A DNA stretch of 64,000 nucleotides, taken from IMG/VR virus record IMGVR_UViG_3300044680_000280, positions 186,001 to 250,000 of that record; one strand, written 5' to 3'. Positions 1 to 10,221 of this stretch are shown one piece after another. How positions within the stretch are numbered: position 1 is the stretch's first letter; every line of letters starts with the position of its first letter. Both the position numbers and the translations under genes were made by a program. The notes under the pieces are model-generated. The model worked only from the letters and a program-made list of their open reading frames with translations. It did not search any database and was not told the DNA's origin.

Positions 1-228
1 TGCCCAAAGCATTTTGGCCATGGGTTTCAAGGACTTGGGATCAAACTTATGATCCTTAGGAATCTGTCGATTTGCGGGCCCGTTGGGACCCTCTGGCAAC
101 TGACCCGCGGACCCCGGCACGGAACCAGGAACTGGCATTTCCTGGTCGTTACCCTTGGCGACACGGATGTTCTCCGCTCGTCTCAGGGCTTCTTTGACTT
201 GAGCTCGGTAGTCCACAATGCCTCCCAT
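1..228 (-). CDS. hypothetical protein, N-terminal part (runs off window edge)
   Basis: ATG at 228 overlaps the stop of 228..497; frame MGGIVDYRAQVKEALRRAENIRVAK... stays open to base 1. Confidence 0.6.
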   Translation of the reverse strand, partial: MGGIVDYRAQVKEALRRAENIRVAKGNDQEMPVPGSVPGSAGQLPEGPNGPANRQIPKDHKFDPKSLKPMAKMLWA

Positions 229-497
229 TAGCCCTTGAGGGGCTCCCCATTGTCGTCGAAGAGTCTCTCGATGAAGAAGTTCCCGCCTTCCTTCTTCAAC
301 GCCCAGAGGTCTCGCTCGCTGCGATGAACGAGGGTCTCGGCGGACACTCGGACGAATTCCGAGATGTCCCCAAGCGAAGCAACTCGACGGCGACCCGTCT
401 TGTGCGGAGAAACGATTTGCGGTTCCCGGGACAATAGAGCATCCATACCAGGAGAACCGGACATCTCGAAATCGCTGAAATCAAACGGCTTAGACAT
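228..497 (-). CDS. hypothetical protein
   Basis: 89 aa ORF with GAGG RBS, tightly packed in operon. Confidence 0.7.
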   Translation of the reverse strand: MSKPFDFSDFEMSGSPGMDALLSREPQIVSPHKTGRRRVASLGDISEFVRVSAETLVHRSERDLWALKKEGGNFFIERLFDDNGEPLKG

Positions 498-503
498 GGT
501 TCC

Positions 504-1406
504 TCACGATACGACGAAGTTGACGCAGAGATCTTGGTGGAAATTAGAGGAGTACCCGCTGACACGAAGGGTCTCCGTGTATGTGCCACATTGCATGTTC
601 AACGTCGGCTGAACAATAACCGTCGTGGTCTGAGCAGCGCCGCCCGAAAGGGTTCCAGTAGGCGGACCGAATCCTACCAGCCACGGGGAGTTACCGATGA
701 GCTTTTGGATTTGGTAACTCAACGAGGAACCAGATAGCCCAGTGTTCTGAACTTGGAAGGTTTGGGCGGGCACGGGCGGGAACGTACCATCACCATTCGC
801 CGTAACATAGAAGGTCAGCGTCGTGGGGGTGAGGGCAATCGTCGCTACAGGCTGAACGATAATCGTGACAGGTATGACCTGAGGACTGTTCGGGGCATAC
901 GAGTCTTGAATCGTAATGTTTGCCGAATAGGGGGAATTTGCCGCCAGAAGGGATGTTGAGTCTACGGCAACGGAAAACACACCTGATCCGTTGAAAGCCA
1001 AGCCCGTAACATTGGCAGGATTGACAGTCACGAATCCAGAGTCCGACGTGATGCTTACGGACAAAAGAGAGCCGTACACACCACCATTCGATACGGTAAC
1101 GTTCTGCGGAATTCCGAACCCCAGTCCCTCGGTCTGAGTGAAGGTCAAAGACGTCGGGCTCAGGATGATCGACGGAGCAAACGCATTTTGTAGGGCGGTG
1201 ATACTATCCGCCATCGCATTGACGACCGGTCCAGGAATGGGGATGGTGTCGCGGAGCAACCCGAACGGAGTAATGACGTCCCTGATCGAGAAAAAAGGAG
1301 ACGCCTTCGACACATCCACGCGAGTCGTCCACCGCCAAACCCCTTGCGGTAATTGGACCTGGTATTGGTAGTCTTGAAACTGGATAGTGCTCGCGAAGGT
1401 CGACAA
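504..1406 (-). CDS. Ig-like/BACON-repeat beta-rich protein, probably virion structural
   Basis: Two repeats LSPTSLTF / LTPTTLTF followed by beta-strand S/T-rich segments. Confidence 0.6.
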   Translation of the reverse strand: MSTFASTIQFQDYQYQVQLPQGVWRWTTRVDVSKASPFFSIRDVITPFGLLRDTIPIPGPVVNAMADSITALQNAFAPSIILSPTSLTFTQTEGLGFGIPQNVTVSNGGVYGSLLSVSITSDSGFVTVNPANVTGLAFNGSGVFSVAVDSTSLLAANSPYSANITIQDSYAPNSPQVIPVTIIVQPVATIALTPTTLTFYVTANGDGTFPPVPAQTFQVQNTGLSGSSLSYQIQKLIGNSPWLVGFGPPTGTLSGGAAQTTTVIVQPTLNMQCGTYTETLRVSGYSSNFHQDLCVNFVVS

Positions 1407-1453
1407 GGTCGCGCTCCTATAGACAAAGGAACGCCCGCATAAAAGGAAACCGC

Positions 1454-1726
1454 TTAGTTAGCCTTGGGTTTCACTGGCACGGAGTCGTCTCCCTGGGCCG
1501 CCCGCTCGAGAAGAACGGCGTATCCCGCCATTCGTCGGAGGAAGTCGATGCTCTTGAGGGTCCGCTGCTTGATCCTCACGGCGGTCATTCCCAAGGCCTT
1601 TGCCACCTCATCCGTTGGGTTAGGGCAGTGCTTAGCCTTGTACAGTTGAATCAGAATCTCCACGTCCTCTTTCGAAAAAACAGCTTTGAGGTCTTCGCGA
1701 AATTGGTCTTTGTCGAGGAACTTCAT
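1454..1726 (-). CDS. small sigma region-4-like HTH protein
   Basis: TDEVAKALGMTAVRIKQR HTH; N-terminus resembles the internal segment of 1892..2530. Confidence 0.55.
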   Translation of the reverse strand: MKFLDKDQFREDLKAVFSKEDVEILIQLYKAKHCPNPTDEVAKALGMTAVRIKQRTLKSIDFLRRMAGYAVLLERAAQGDDSVPVKPKAN

Positions 1727-1750
1727 GTCTCTCCGTGTGGTGTGTGATAA

Positions 1751-1882
1751 CTAACAGTTAAACCTACCCCAAACGAACGGGCGCAACTGGCCAAAGGACG
1801 AACACAACGTGAGGTTGCTGAGGAATTCGGCGTGTTCCCATCATTGGTTGGCAAAATAGGAAGGAGAGAAGTTTGGAAGTAG
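1751..1882 (+). pseudogene. start-less HTH remnant, like the C-terminal HTH of HNH homing endonucleases
   Basis: Frame reads LTVKPTPNERAQLAKGRTQREVAEEFGVFPSLVGKIGRREVWK*, preceded by TAA, no start codon. Confidence 0.45.
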
Positions 1883-1891
1883 GTACTTCTC

Positions 1892-2530
1892 TCAAAAAAC
1901 TTCATCTCCACCCCTGTCCGCCCACTGCGGCAACTTGACTTCTCTTAGTATGTTGAACCCTTTTGATGAAATAGCACTGAATATCTTCGCGTAATCATTG
2001 AACTTTTCGTCCTTCTTCGACATCTCCTCTAGGGTCTTGACTGCCTTGAAGAACCGATGTCGCACTCGACCCTGTGTGAGACCGAGATTCTCGGCGACCT
2101 GACTCTGACAGGTTGTCTGCCACATCCCAATCAGGATATCGACGTCAATGGGCTTGAAGATCTCGGGAAGGTCACGTCGGAGGTCCTCTTCGGTTACCGA
2201 CGGAATGCGAAGGAGGAACTTGATACGCTTGAGCCCACGGTCCAACCGATAGCTGATAGCGGCCTGGGTGACGCCAAAGATCTCGGCAATGTCGGCCTGA
2301 CGCTTCTTTTGGATGTAGTAGAGGTAAATGAGGTCGGCTTCCCGCTCTGGGATTCGATCGAGAAGGGGTCCGATACGTTCCTCGTAGTTTCCCTGGGCGA
2401 TGATCGCCTCAACCGTGCCCTCTTCAGGCTCCTCATCCGGCTCCTCAACCTCCCCAAATGGGTCGTCGCTAATTGCGAATCGATTGGCTAGTTCGGACGG
2501 ATCGACTGGGATGACATAACCGATTGACAT
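1892..2530 (-). CDS. sigma-70 region-4-like transcription factor with two HTHs
   Basis: IPEREADLIYLYY..KRQADIAEIFGVTQAAISYRL and QSQVAENLGLTQGRVRHRF. Confidence 0.75.
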   Translation of the reverse strand: MSIGYVIPVDPSELANRFAISDDPFGEVEEPDEEPEEGTVEAIIAQGNYEERIGPLLDRIPEREADLIYLYYIQKKRQADIAEIFGVTQAAISYRLDRGLKRIKFLLRIPSVTEEDLRRDLPEIFKPIDVDILIGMWQTTCQSQVAENLGLTQGRVRHRFFKAVKTLEEMSKKDEKFNDYAKIFSAISSKGFNILREVKLPQWADRGGDEVF

Positions 2531-2541
2531 GCGGAACCCCT

Positions 2542-3471
2542 TTACACGTCGGACCAGGCCTGGTCAGACTCCTCTGTGATAAGCTCATCTACTATAGCCT
2601 GCACCCCGAGTAGAGAGGCAAGTACAGGCTCGAACTGAACGTCTACATCTTCAAGCCGCTCGGTGGCGGCATCTGCATCGGGCGCTGAGGGGATGTCCGT
2701 AAGGGTTACGTCCCTAAGGGTCATTAGTTCCAGGTTAAGACGAACCTGCTTCTCCGATTCAAGTAGAAGACGGTATCTGAGTTTGGTCAGACCAGCCATA
2801 TTCGAATTGTAGATACCGTCGATTGACCCATGACGAACGAGTAGGCTAGTCAAAACCTTCTCGGGCACAGTGGGAACTCCCGGAATGTTGTCTGAGGTAT
2901 CCCCTAAGAGCGCTCTCAAGGAGACGATGAGTTCGGGTCCCACGCCCCATTCTTCCTTCAACTTCTCAAGGTCGTAAATGGCTTCACGACGTTTGCCTTG
3001 TGTCGGCACAAGCAAGCGATCAGTATCCGTGATTAATTGTAGCAGATCCTGATCCGTTGACAAAATGATGTTCTGTTGTCCCTTATGGCGACCCCGCACA
3101 AGGGTCGCTAGGACATCATCTGCTTCCTCAAATGGGTTGTACACCTGCGAAACTCCGAGCAGGGGCAGGGTCTCACGAAGCCATTTGATCTGATCCCAAG
3201 GTTGACCGTCCTCAGTCACACCGGCTATGCTGGTATTTGTCCTGTTGGCCTTGTAATCCGCAAACCTATCCTTTCGGGTACGGGACGAACCATCCCAAAC
3301 CACATGAAGCTTGGCTCCTGGGAACTTCTTGAGCATGGACATGAGCACTCGGAGAGTGCCGAACAACACGCCGGTCGGGCGTCGTTTGCTATCCTGCATG
3401 TCTGACATCCCGGGGGCATACAAACATCGATAGGCAAGATTGAACCCATCCACGAAAACGTTGTCGATCAT
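2542..3471 (-). CDS. 5'-3' exonuclease/flap endonuclease (Pol I N-terminal domain family)
   Basis: VDGFNLAYR, YKANR, EADDV, STDQDLLQL, GDTSDNIPGV motifs. Confidence 0.92.
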   Translation of the reverse strand: MIDNVFVDGFNLAYRCLYAPGMSDMQDSKRRPTGVLFGTLRVLMSMLKKFPGAKLHVVWDGSSRTRKDRFADYKANRTNTSIAGVTEDGQPWDQIKWLRETLPLLGVSQVYNPFEEADDVLATLVRGRHKGQQNIILSTDQDLLQLITDTDRLLVPTQGKRREAIYDLEKLKEEWGVGPELIVSLRALLGDTSDNIPGVPTVPEKVLTSLLVRHGSIDGIYNSNMAGLTKLRYRLLLESEKQVRLNLELMTLRDVTLTDIPSAPDADAATERLEDVDVQFEPVLASLLGVQAIVDELITEESDQAWSDV

Positions 3472-4430
3472 GATGGCACTCCCATCTCATCTTCGATGCT
3501 CTGAATGTCATCGACCAGCTCATCCAATTGTTCGAGAAAGCTGAACACGGTCATCAGCCGCATGTACCCAAGTTCAATTGGCTCTATGTCAGGAATCGCC
3601 GACCCGAGGACGAGCGGCACAAGCCCGTCCCAACGGTGACCGAATTCGAGGATCGGACGTACCTTGCCCGCAAACTTCACTAAGGGTCCAACGTCCAAGG
3701 ACACAGTCAGCGCCTGAACCGCGTGTTGAGCGACTTCAAGACGATCGGCAAATTCCCGTGACAAGCAGTACTTAGAGAAAAGGCCTAATAGGACGTTCGG
3801 AGACGGGCTGGCCTCAAACTCAAGTAGCATTTCGTGGGAGTCGTTGAACCAGTCCTTGAGTAAGGCAAAACGATCCGACATGGGCGCCCGGGGCGCCTTT
3901 TGAACCAAACGTAGAAACGACCTGGGGAGCCCTACGATGGAATCCTTTGACCGTAGTCGAACATGCACCTGAACTTGGTCACTCTCAGGGAGGTCCTCGA
4001 TGACGATGGCCTGAATCTGTTTGTAGGCTCCAGACGTGATGAGGACTGTGTCTCCGACCCCGATGCCCTGGTCAGTTTCCGAGCGAATCTGATTGCGCAT
4101 TCTATCGACTTCTTTGGTCGATATACATGCAAGCTCCCGTACAGGTCGTCCGTTGGCATTACGGGCAATCTTGGTTACAACGGACTGCACATACTTCGAA
4201 TTTTCAAGACGGTTGTAGAGGTTGTCGGCATGAACGTGCCGAATGAAGGCGTACCCCTCAATCAAGTAGTGAACAACGCGGTCTTCCCCCTGTTGAGTCA
4301 CGGCGGCGGGAATGAAAACCTCAGCACCTTTAATAGCGTACGTAATAGACCGCCGAATAAGGTCGGGGTCTTCACCGTCGGCCTTTTGATTCAACTCAAG
4401 GATTACCCACTGGTCCATCATCTCTTCCAT
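3468..4430 (-). CDS. NusG-family transcription factor (NGN + KOW) with C-terminal extension
   Basis: EVFIPA...LIEGYAFI NGN motif; GVGDTVLITSGAY KOW motif. Confidence 0.75.
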   Translation of the reverse strand: MEEMMDQWVILELNQKADGEDPDLIRRSITYAIKGAEVFIPAAVTQQGEDRVVHYLIEGYAFIRHVHADNLYNRLENSKYVQSVVTKIARNANGRPVRELACISTKEVDRMRNQIRSETDQGIGVGDTVLITSGAYKQIQAIVIEDLPESDQVQVHVRLRSKDSIVGLPRSFLRLVQKAPRAPMSDRFALLKDWFNDSHEMLLEFEASPSPNVLLGLFSKYCLSREFADRLEVAQHAVQALTVSLDVGPLVKFAGKVRPILEFGHRWDGLVPLVLGSAIPDIEPIELGYMRLMTVFSFLEQLDELVDDIQSIEDEMGVPS

Positions 4431-5857
4431 CGCCTCTCGAACTGCAAGCGCCAGTCAGTAGGAGGGAGGATACCGTTCTCACTCGACTGAGTCGTACGAT
4501 TAAAAACAAGAGTTGGGGGCGGGGCGCCCGTCATTCTCGGATGGGATCCCGGCACGTGGTCCACGGACGTAAGAGCAAGGGGATCCCGTGCGCCGTTAGT
4601 CACAGGAGAAATAGTACCATTTGTGTGAGGAGTGTGCTTACCGTTCAAGGTAGGAGGCGCTGGCGGCGTGGTCGGGGGTTGAACAACAGGCCCATGCAGC
4701 ACCGCGGTACCCGGGGTAACCCCATTCGTGTGTTGGGGTTCCGAAGGAACCGCCTGCACCACCGCCTGAACTGGGGGTGCGACCGTCAAAACCACGGACT
4801 GGGCCGTAGCCAGGTTTGATACAACCCCATTCTGAACCAATGTCAAAAGATCGCACGTGAGGCTGACTTTGGTCACATTCCTGGACCTTAGGAGCCTCTC
4901 CGAAATCATGAGGAGAGAGTTACCAAACCTCTCGTAGGTCTTTTGCGCAAGAGCCTTATCAGTCAGTGTGAAGTCGGCGTGCATCCCGTTGGCAACCCGA
5001 AATGCGTTCATTGCGGCTTCCGCCAGGCCCACGGAAATGTCCTCGGGGCTCATGAACTCGCACATATCCTCGAGAAGGTGTACCACTCTGGCATCATCAC
5101 CGAGGCTCAACAAGGTATCGTAAAACGAGGTGACGAACCCCAGATTCAGGTTTTCCCGCACTGCCTCTATCGTGATATCGCCGGTCTGGGAGATGGTCTC
5201 AAGACGATTGATAACGTCCCGTACGTGACCCCCCGCATGATCGATAACCGTAAGCAGGGCCTCCTCTTGGTAGGAGACCTTTTCACAGTCAAGAACGTAT
5301 TTCACACGCCCAAGAATGTTTTCCCTAGAAACTCTGCGTATTCCGTACTCCTCACAACGACGGTAGATAGGTCCGACAATCTTTCGGGCCTCCGTCGTAC
5401 AGAAGATGGCGACAATTTTCTTGTCCTCTATGGGCTTGAGCAGAGCGTCTTGAGACTCATTGCTCAATCGATGGGCTTCGTCGAACAACCATACCCGAAG
5501 GGGTGCCCCGTAAGGAGGTGCGTATGGAAGTGTGTCGAGCATGGATCGAACAACGGAAATAACGCCCCCGTTGGCAGCGTCTTTCTCTTGAAAGGCACTA
5601 TCGTTACCATCCAGGATGGCTTGACACTGCTCACATGCATTGCACGGCTCCGAAGTCTCCTTGTTCACGTTTGGACAAAGAGCGGCCCTCGCCAGGATGC
5701 GGGCAAGGGTGGTTTTACCTTGCCCGGCACCCCCAGCAAAAATGTATGACGTATTGAGAATGGTTCCGTTTTTGATCCTAGCCTTGAGGACCTGAACGAC
5801 CCCCTCTTGACCAATGACGTCAGAGAACAGGGTTGGGCGATATCGGATATCCCACAC
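4418..5857 (-). CDS. dnaX: DNA polymerase III clamp loader gamma/tau subunit
   Basis: RYRP..FSDVIGQE, Walker A GQGKTT, EPCNACEQC zinc motif, DEAH. Confidence 0.9.
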   Translation of the reverse strand: MWDIRYRPTLFSDVIGQEGVVQVLKARIKNGTILNTSYIFAGGAGQGKTTLARILARAALCPNVNKETSEPCNACEQCQAILDGNDSAFQEKDAANGGVISVVRSMLDTLPYAPPYGAPLRVWLFDEAHRLSNESQDALLKPIEDKKIVAIFCTTEARKIVGPIYRRCEEYGIRRVSRENILGRVKYVLDCEKVSYQEEALLTVIDHAGGHVRDVINRLETISQTGDITIEAVRENLNLGFVTSFYDTLLSLGDDARVVHLLEDMCEFMSPEDISVGLAEAAMNAFRVANGMHADFTLTDKALAQKTYERFGNSLLMISERLLRSRNVTKVSLTCDLLTLVQNGVVSNLATAQSVVLTVAPPVQAVVQAVPSEPQHTNGVTPGTAVLHGPVVQPPTTPPAPPTLNGKHTPHTNGTISPVTNGARDPLALTSVDHVPGSHPRMTGAPPPTLVFNRTTQSSENGILPPTDWRLQFERRWKR

Positions 5858-5878
5858 TTTTTCGCCCTACACCAATTT

Positions 5879-6364
5879 TCAGTTGTGAGTGATGGTTTCT
5901 TCGGCGGCCGCCACCACGTCGTCAATGAGATCGTCGACCTTGACGTGCTGAGCGATCGAAACGAAGCCATTCAGAGCCTCATTCCAGGCTCCGTGCCGCT
6001 GAAGAATTGACGAGAACTCTTGAACGTCGGGCTCCCGCACACGCCAGCTCATCTCACCGGTGTCCTCGTCCTCTTCGCCGTAGCAGCGCTCGAGAAGGTG
6101 ATCGACGAGGGCCGTACGAGCATTGGGATCGAGCTCGTTCCACGTATCCAAGGCAACCTCGAAGAGGAACTCGATATCGAGAAGGAACTGAAGTGCCCCA
6201 GAGACTTTCCGAACCTTGCCGAGAACCGGTCGGCCGCCCTTTTGCGAAGCCTTGTCGACGTAGATGTACTTCATGCGAGCAGTTGCGAGCTCGGGGTGGT
6301 AGGAGGGAATCAGTTTGACAGCGATATCCTCGACTGCCTCAGCCATACCGTATTCTTTTGCCAT
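5879..6364 (-). CDS. putative phage metallopeptidase-like protein
   Basis: ALVDHLLERC...REPDVQEFSSILQRHG resembles the phage metallopeptidase family; metal ligands degenerate. Confidence 0.6.
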   Translation of the reverse strand: MAKEYGMAEAVEDIAVKLIPSYHPELATARMKYIYVDKASQKGGRPVLGKVRKVSGALQFLLDIEFLFEVALDTWNELDPNARTALVDHLLERCYGEEDEDTGEMSWRVREPDVQEFSSILQRHGAWNEALNGFVSIAQHVKVDDLIDDVVAAAEETITHN

Positions 6365-6388
6365 TTTACGTGCACTCCTTCGAAATCC

Positions 6389-7093
6389 CTACTTACAACA
6401 TCGGGTGAGGAACTCACCCAACTTTTTGTCCCCCCACAACTCCCAAAGATCCCCATAGTCCTTAACGGGCTTCCCACTTGGCATGGTGTCTTTGGGATAC
6501 TTACTGCCGAGGTCGGTCACTTTGAACTCAGCGCCGTGTTTACGAAGAAACTCCCCGGTTGCCCGCCGACCGGTTGCGTCATTGTCAAGACCCATCAACA
6601 CGGTATGACACAGTCGCCTCATATTTCGCAACATGGAATCAGTGATATGGGTGGACATGAGGGCGACAGTAGACGAGTAGAATCGCTGCACGGGGCACAA
6701 ATCAAAGACACCCTCCACAAGGAACACTGCTCCGGTTGACCAGATATGAGGCGCGGCGGGCCCCAATCCAAAAAGGGCGGCTTCTCCAGTTTGGGCGATG
6801 TAGTCGAGGTACCCTCGCTTTTCCCTACAGACGGGGCGAAATTGAAAACCACGAACCTCGTTTAGGATGTTCGTCAGAGGAAAGCAATAGCTGTCCTCAA
6901 GCTTACCCCCATGGTGGCACCATTTCAAAAAATCGGGTGGGCATTCAACGGGGGGTAGTTTCTTATCGACATAGCCTACACTGAAGAGTTCTATCTGCTC
7001 GTCTGACATACCCCTGGCGTTCAGAGACTCGACAACTTCGTCAGGGATCTCTCGATGAGCATGCTTGACGAAATCGTCAAACCACGCCATCAC
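6389..7093 (-). CDS. DnaG-like primase catalytic core (TOPRIM), no Zn-binding domain
   Basis: FLVEGVFD, GLDNDATGRRA, KDYGD motifs. Confidence 0.85.
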   Translation of the reverse strand: MMAWFDDFVKHAHREIPDEVVESLNARGMSDEQIELFSVGYVDKKLPPVECPPDFLKWCHHGGKLEDSYCFPLTNILNEVRGFQFRPVCREKRGYLDYIAQTGEAALFGLGPAAPHIWSTGAVFLVEGVFDLCPVQRFYSSTVALMSTHITDSMLRNMRRLCHTVLMGLDNDATGRRATGEFLRKHGAEFKVTDLGSKYPKDTMPSGKPVKDYGDLWELWGDKKLGEFLTRCCK

Positions 7094-7715
7094 CGACCAC
7101 CATAATCGAGCGATTCACCCGTTGGAGCATGATTCCCAAGAAGTCTCCGACTCTCGTATAAAGGCCCAGCATTTCTGGGGAGGCCGTGACGACGGCAGCG
7201 TCGGGCGACAGCTCGGCCGGGAGCACCTTGATACCATTTACGACAGTTACGTAACCCTGGGTCATCATGAGCTGCTCCACCACGGCAGAGTCGTAGTCCG
7301 GCCCACAGATGTCGGGAATCTTCTCCGCCGACACCATAAGGAAGCCGGGTTCAAAGTCATCCGCTGCCAGTCGGTCGACCGCCTCTACCACACTACTACA
7401 CCGATTCTTCCACCCATTGACCAAAGACGCCTCTAGTAGACTCATGTACAGTTCGGCGAAAAGGGCGGGTTCGTCCTCTAGCGGAACGTCCGAAAAGGCG
7501 TATCTAGCAATGCCCCTTGTTTTGCTTCGGATGGTCGGCACGAACCGCCGAGCCGCGTTGGTCACCAATAATGGTTCGACGTCCTCCTCGACTGGAATCT
7601 CGTTCATGAGCGGTCTAGAGCTGACGCCAGAACGTATCGAGGCCTCTAGTTTCTCAGGCATACGCATATTGCGTCGCTCCGAAACTAAGAACTGCCCAAA
7701 AACGGAGACTGGCAT
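7077..7715 (-). CDS. hypothetical protein
   Basis: 212 aa, overlapping junctions with neighbours. Confidence 0.65.
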   Translation of the reverse strand: MPVSVFGQFLVSERRNMRMPEKLEASIRSGVSSRPLMNEIPVEEDVEPLLVTNAARRFVPTIRSKTRGIARYAFSDVPLEDEPALFAELYMSLLEASLVNGWKNRCSSVVEAVDRLAADDFEPGFLMVSAEKIPDICGPDYDSAVVEQLMMTQGYVTVVNGIKVLPAELSPDAAVVTASPEMLGLYTRVGDFLGIMLQRVNRSIMVVGDGVV

Positions 7716-8269
7716 TACATCTCCAAGAGCTTGCCCGGATCCTCCACGGGCGTTAGGGGCTCGACATTAATTCGAAGGAAGAGGTAAAGCACCTTCTTCC
7801 AGAAAGGTAGTTTAGGAACGTGCCTGGATCCCATAGCCCAGAGGAGTCCGTACACCTCTGGCATATTGGTCTTCAACCACTCTGGATCCTTGAGCTGGCT
7901 TGAGAACTCCACCAAAAGTGTCTCCTTGGTGGAGACTGGCGTGAAGTACGGACATCGCTTGGCGTCTACCGGATCCTCACAGATTGTTCCGCCCCACTCA
8001 TCGGGGCTCGGAGAACTGACTGGCTTGCCGTCCTGACCGAGGAGCATACAAAGACCGATTGTCTGAACCACGGGAAGTCCGGCGCTTTTTGTGATTCGGT
8101 TGTACCCCTCGTTTGGCTGACCACCGACAGTCTTGCGAACATCGAGCGGATGTAGATAGTTGTGAACACAGGACCGCGGCAACCGTGTGGAAGCTAACTG
8201 AACCCTAGCGTCAAGTTCCTGGACAAGCAGGAATCGAATGCGATCATGAATGTCCTTTTCGGTTCGCAT
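7715..8269 (-). CDS. hypothetical Cys-containing protein
   Basis: 184 aa, four spaced Cys, translationally coupled. Confidence 0.65.
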   Translation of the reverse strand: MRTEKDIHDRIRFLLVQELDARVQLASTRLPRSCVHNYLHPLDVRKTVGGQPNEGYNRITKSAGLPVVQTIGLCMLLGQDGKPVSSPSPDEWGGTICEDPVDAKRCPYFTPVSTKETLLVEFSSQLKDPEWLKTNMPEVYGLLWAMGSRHVPKLPFWKKVLYLFLRINVEPLTPVEDPGKLLEM

Positions 8270-8920
8270 TTAGCCCCTCAGTTTCCGAAGCCCAAGCGTC
8301 AGGTAAGCAGTGGCCGGATCCTCGTACGCCTGATAGGCCGTTTTTGCATGGTCGAGAAACGTCTGGTTGTGGGTGACGAGCAGAATTGGAATCCCTGTCG
8401 TCTCAGATAGTTTGCCGAGGAATTGTCCCGCCTGGTCAACGTACTCGGCACTGACCGCCGCGAGGGTCTCGTCGAGAATGAGCAAAGGGAACTTCTTGAG
8501 TCTCATGAGGGCCAGAAGGCGGAGCGTCAAGGACGCCATGCTGGAGATGCCACCACCGAAGGTGTCGAGCGGGGCGCCCTTGATTTCGATTCCCCCCTGG
8601 TCCCGACGAATCATAAGGTCAATGGAGACCTTTCCTCTCGACTGACCGACTTCAGCCTCAAAGGCCAGGTCCTGATCGAAGAAGATAGACTTGAGCCCTT
8701 CGGTAACTACGGATTCGATTGCGTGTACCTGATCGAGAACCAGCTTATCGAGCAGAGCTCGAAGCAGTTCCCCGGTCATAGTCAATTTCTCGACTGTAAC
8801 GGTCAATTGTGCCACCTCACTCGTAGCTTTATTCAGGCTACGAGTGAGAGCATCACGTTCGGTCTGCAATCGAATAGCGGAAGAGCGGAGAGCTCGGGTC
8901 CTCTCCTGCCAGTCGCTCAT
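8270..8920 (-). CDS. SbcC/Rad50 ATPase, C-terminal half
   Basis: Coiled coil, then signature-like FGGG, Walker B LILDE, H-loop LLVTHN; ATG 8920 overlaps the upstream stop. Confidence 0.85.
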   Translation of the reverse strand: MSDWQERTRALRSSAIRLQTERDALTRSLNKATSEVAQLTVTVEKLTMTGELLRALLDKLVLDQVHAIESVVTEGLKSIFFDQDLAFEAEVGQSRGKVSIDLMIRRDQGGIEIKGAPLDTFGGGISSMASLTLRLLALMRLKKFPLLILDETLAAVSAEYVDQAGQFLGKLSETTGIPILLVTHNQTFLDHAKTAYQAYEDPATAYLTLGLRKLRG

Positions 8921-10209
8921 CCGAACTGCGGGGCGTAGCGAAGCACTCCCGAGTTCCATGCCTTGTCACCTTCCGTGTGTTGCACGCCGTCATCATACGT
9001 ACGGAATGATCCAACGTTTCGACGACTACTGTTCATGTAATTCTCGAGGGTCAGGGAGATCTGATTGCTCGTGCTGGACTCGACTTTCGAAAAGAGGGGG
9101 ACGAGGCTTTGAATGTCGATGTACATATCGAGAGACGTGACCTCTTGGGCCGTCGTTTTATCGGCATCTCGACGAACATCGATCTCCCAACTCTTGATAC
9201 CGTTACCAGGGCTACCGTCCTCAGCAATCTCGAACTGGATGGTTCCGGTCGTCGAAAGGTCCGGATGGCGATAGATCGTTCGGACTCGACGATCGTTGCT
9301 CCCCATTTGGGACTGAATATAGGCGATGGCTTCATTGACGTTCGCCTGATCCACGTGCAGGACGACGGCATTCTTCGAACCCGGGAAGATGAACTGCGTA
9401 TGCTGTTTACCAACCTGGGTCCAACCGAGGACCTGACCGTCGGAGTTCTCGGCAAAATTACTTCCCTTGCCCCCCTTGCCCTCGTACACACGAACGGTTC
9501 CTCGGGATTGGCCGAGAAACTTGAGAAGAGCGTCGATATTCGACGCATGAATCGCCAAAGATTTGCCCTTGAAGGCATCGCTACGGTAGTAGAAGGTTTG
9601 AGAGTCGGTTCTGGCAAACATGTAGCCATCACCGTTGGGGAACTTCGTACCGTCGAAGATCTGAGCCGTGAACTTGACGTCGTCGCTGACTCCATTCTTG
9701 TCGACAGGAGGCAAAAAGGACTTTGCCATCGTCAGTGCCGACTTCAAAACGTTGACCGGAAATACGTGACCGTCCGAAGCTTGTCGAACGCTATCGTACT
9801 CGGCGTCACACGGACGCGTCTGACGGGGATCCACGGTGATGCGAGTGGCCTCCGTGCCCTTGCGGTCGCCGACCGCGCTGACCTTGAACGTTGCTCCGTC
9901 CTTGGACGCATCGAAGGTGACGTACCCTTCCTTGAAGAAACCGAAGCCCCCAGTGTGCTCCTTTGGGTAGGTGAAGGTAACGTCCGGTCCGTCGATGACC
10001 ACGTCATCGACGGACATCTTAACGCGAGCCACGTGCCCCACCTTGTCGCGCGAGTAGATGTAGGCCTGATTCTTGTCCCCCAGAACTTTGAAAAGGTAGG
10101 CCGAGGTCGTGGTATCACCATTACCGACCGCCATGGGTGTGACGGTGCTCACGACCGCCAGTGCTTCCTTGAGGTCCTCTGCTTTAACTCTGAAGTGGAT
10201 GCTGCTCAT
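8917..10209 (-). CDS. divergent DNA polymerase III beta sliding clamp-like protein
   Basis: N-terminal FRVKAEDLKEALAVVS pattern, repeated domain starts, size, clamp-loader context. Confidence 0.55.
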   Translation of the reverse strand: MSSIHFRVKAEDLKEALAVVSTVTPMAVGNGDTTTSAYLFKVLGDKNQAYIYSRDKVGHVARVKMSVDDVVIDGPDVTFTYPKEHTGGFGFFKEGYVTFDASKDGATFKVSAVGDRKGTEATRITVDPRQTRPCDAEYDSVRQASDGHVFPVNVLKSALTMAKSFLPPVDKNGVSDDVKFTAQIFDGTKFPNGDGYMFARTDSQTFYYRSDAFKGKSLAIHASNIDALLKFLGQSRGTVRVYEGKGGKGSNFAENSDGQVLGWTQVGKQHTQFIFPGSKNAVVLHVDQANVNEAIAYIQSQMGSNDRRVRTIYRHPDLSTTGTIQFEIAEDGSPGNGIKSWEIDVRRDADKTTAQEVTSLDMYIDIQSLVPLFSKVESSTSNQISLTLENYMNSSRRNVGSFRTYDDGVQHTEGDKAWNSGVLRYAPQFG

Positions 10210-10221
10210 TTGATCTCTCCT

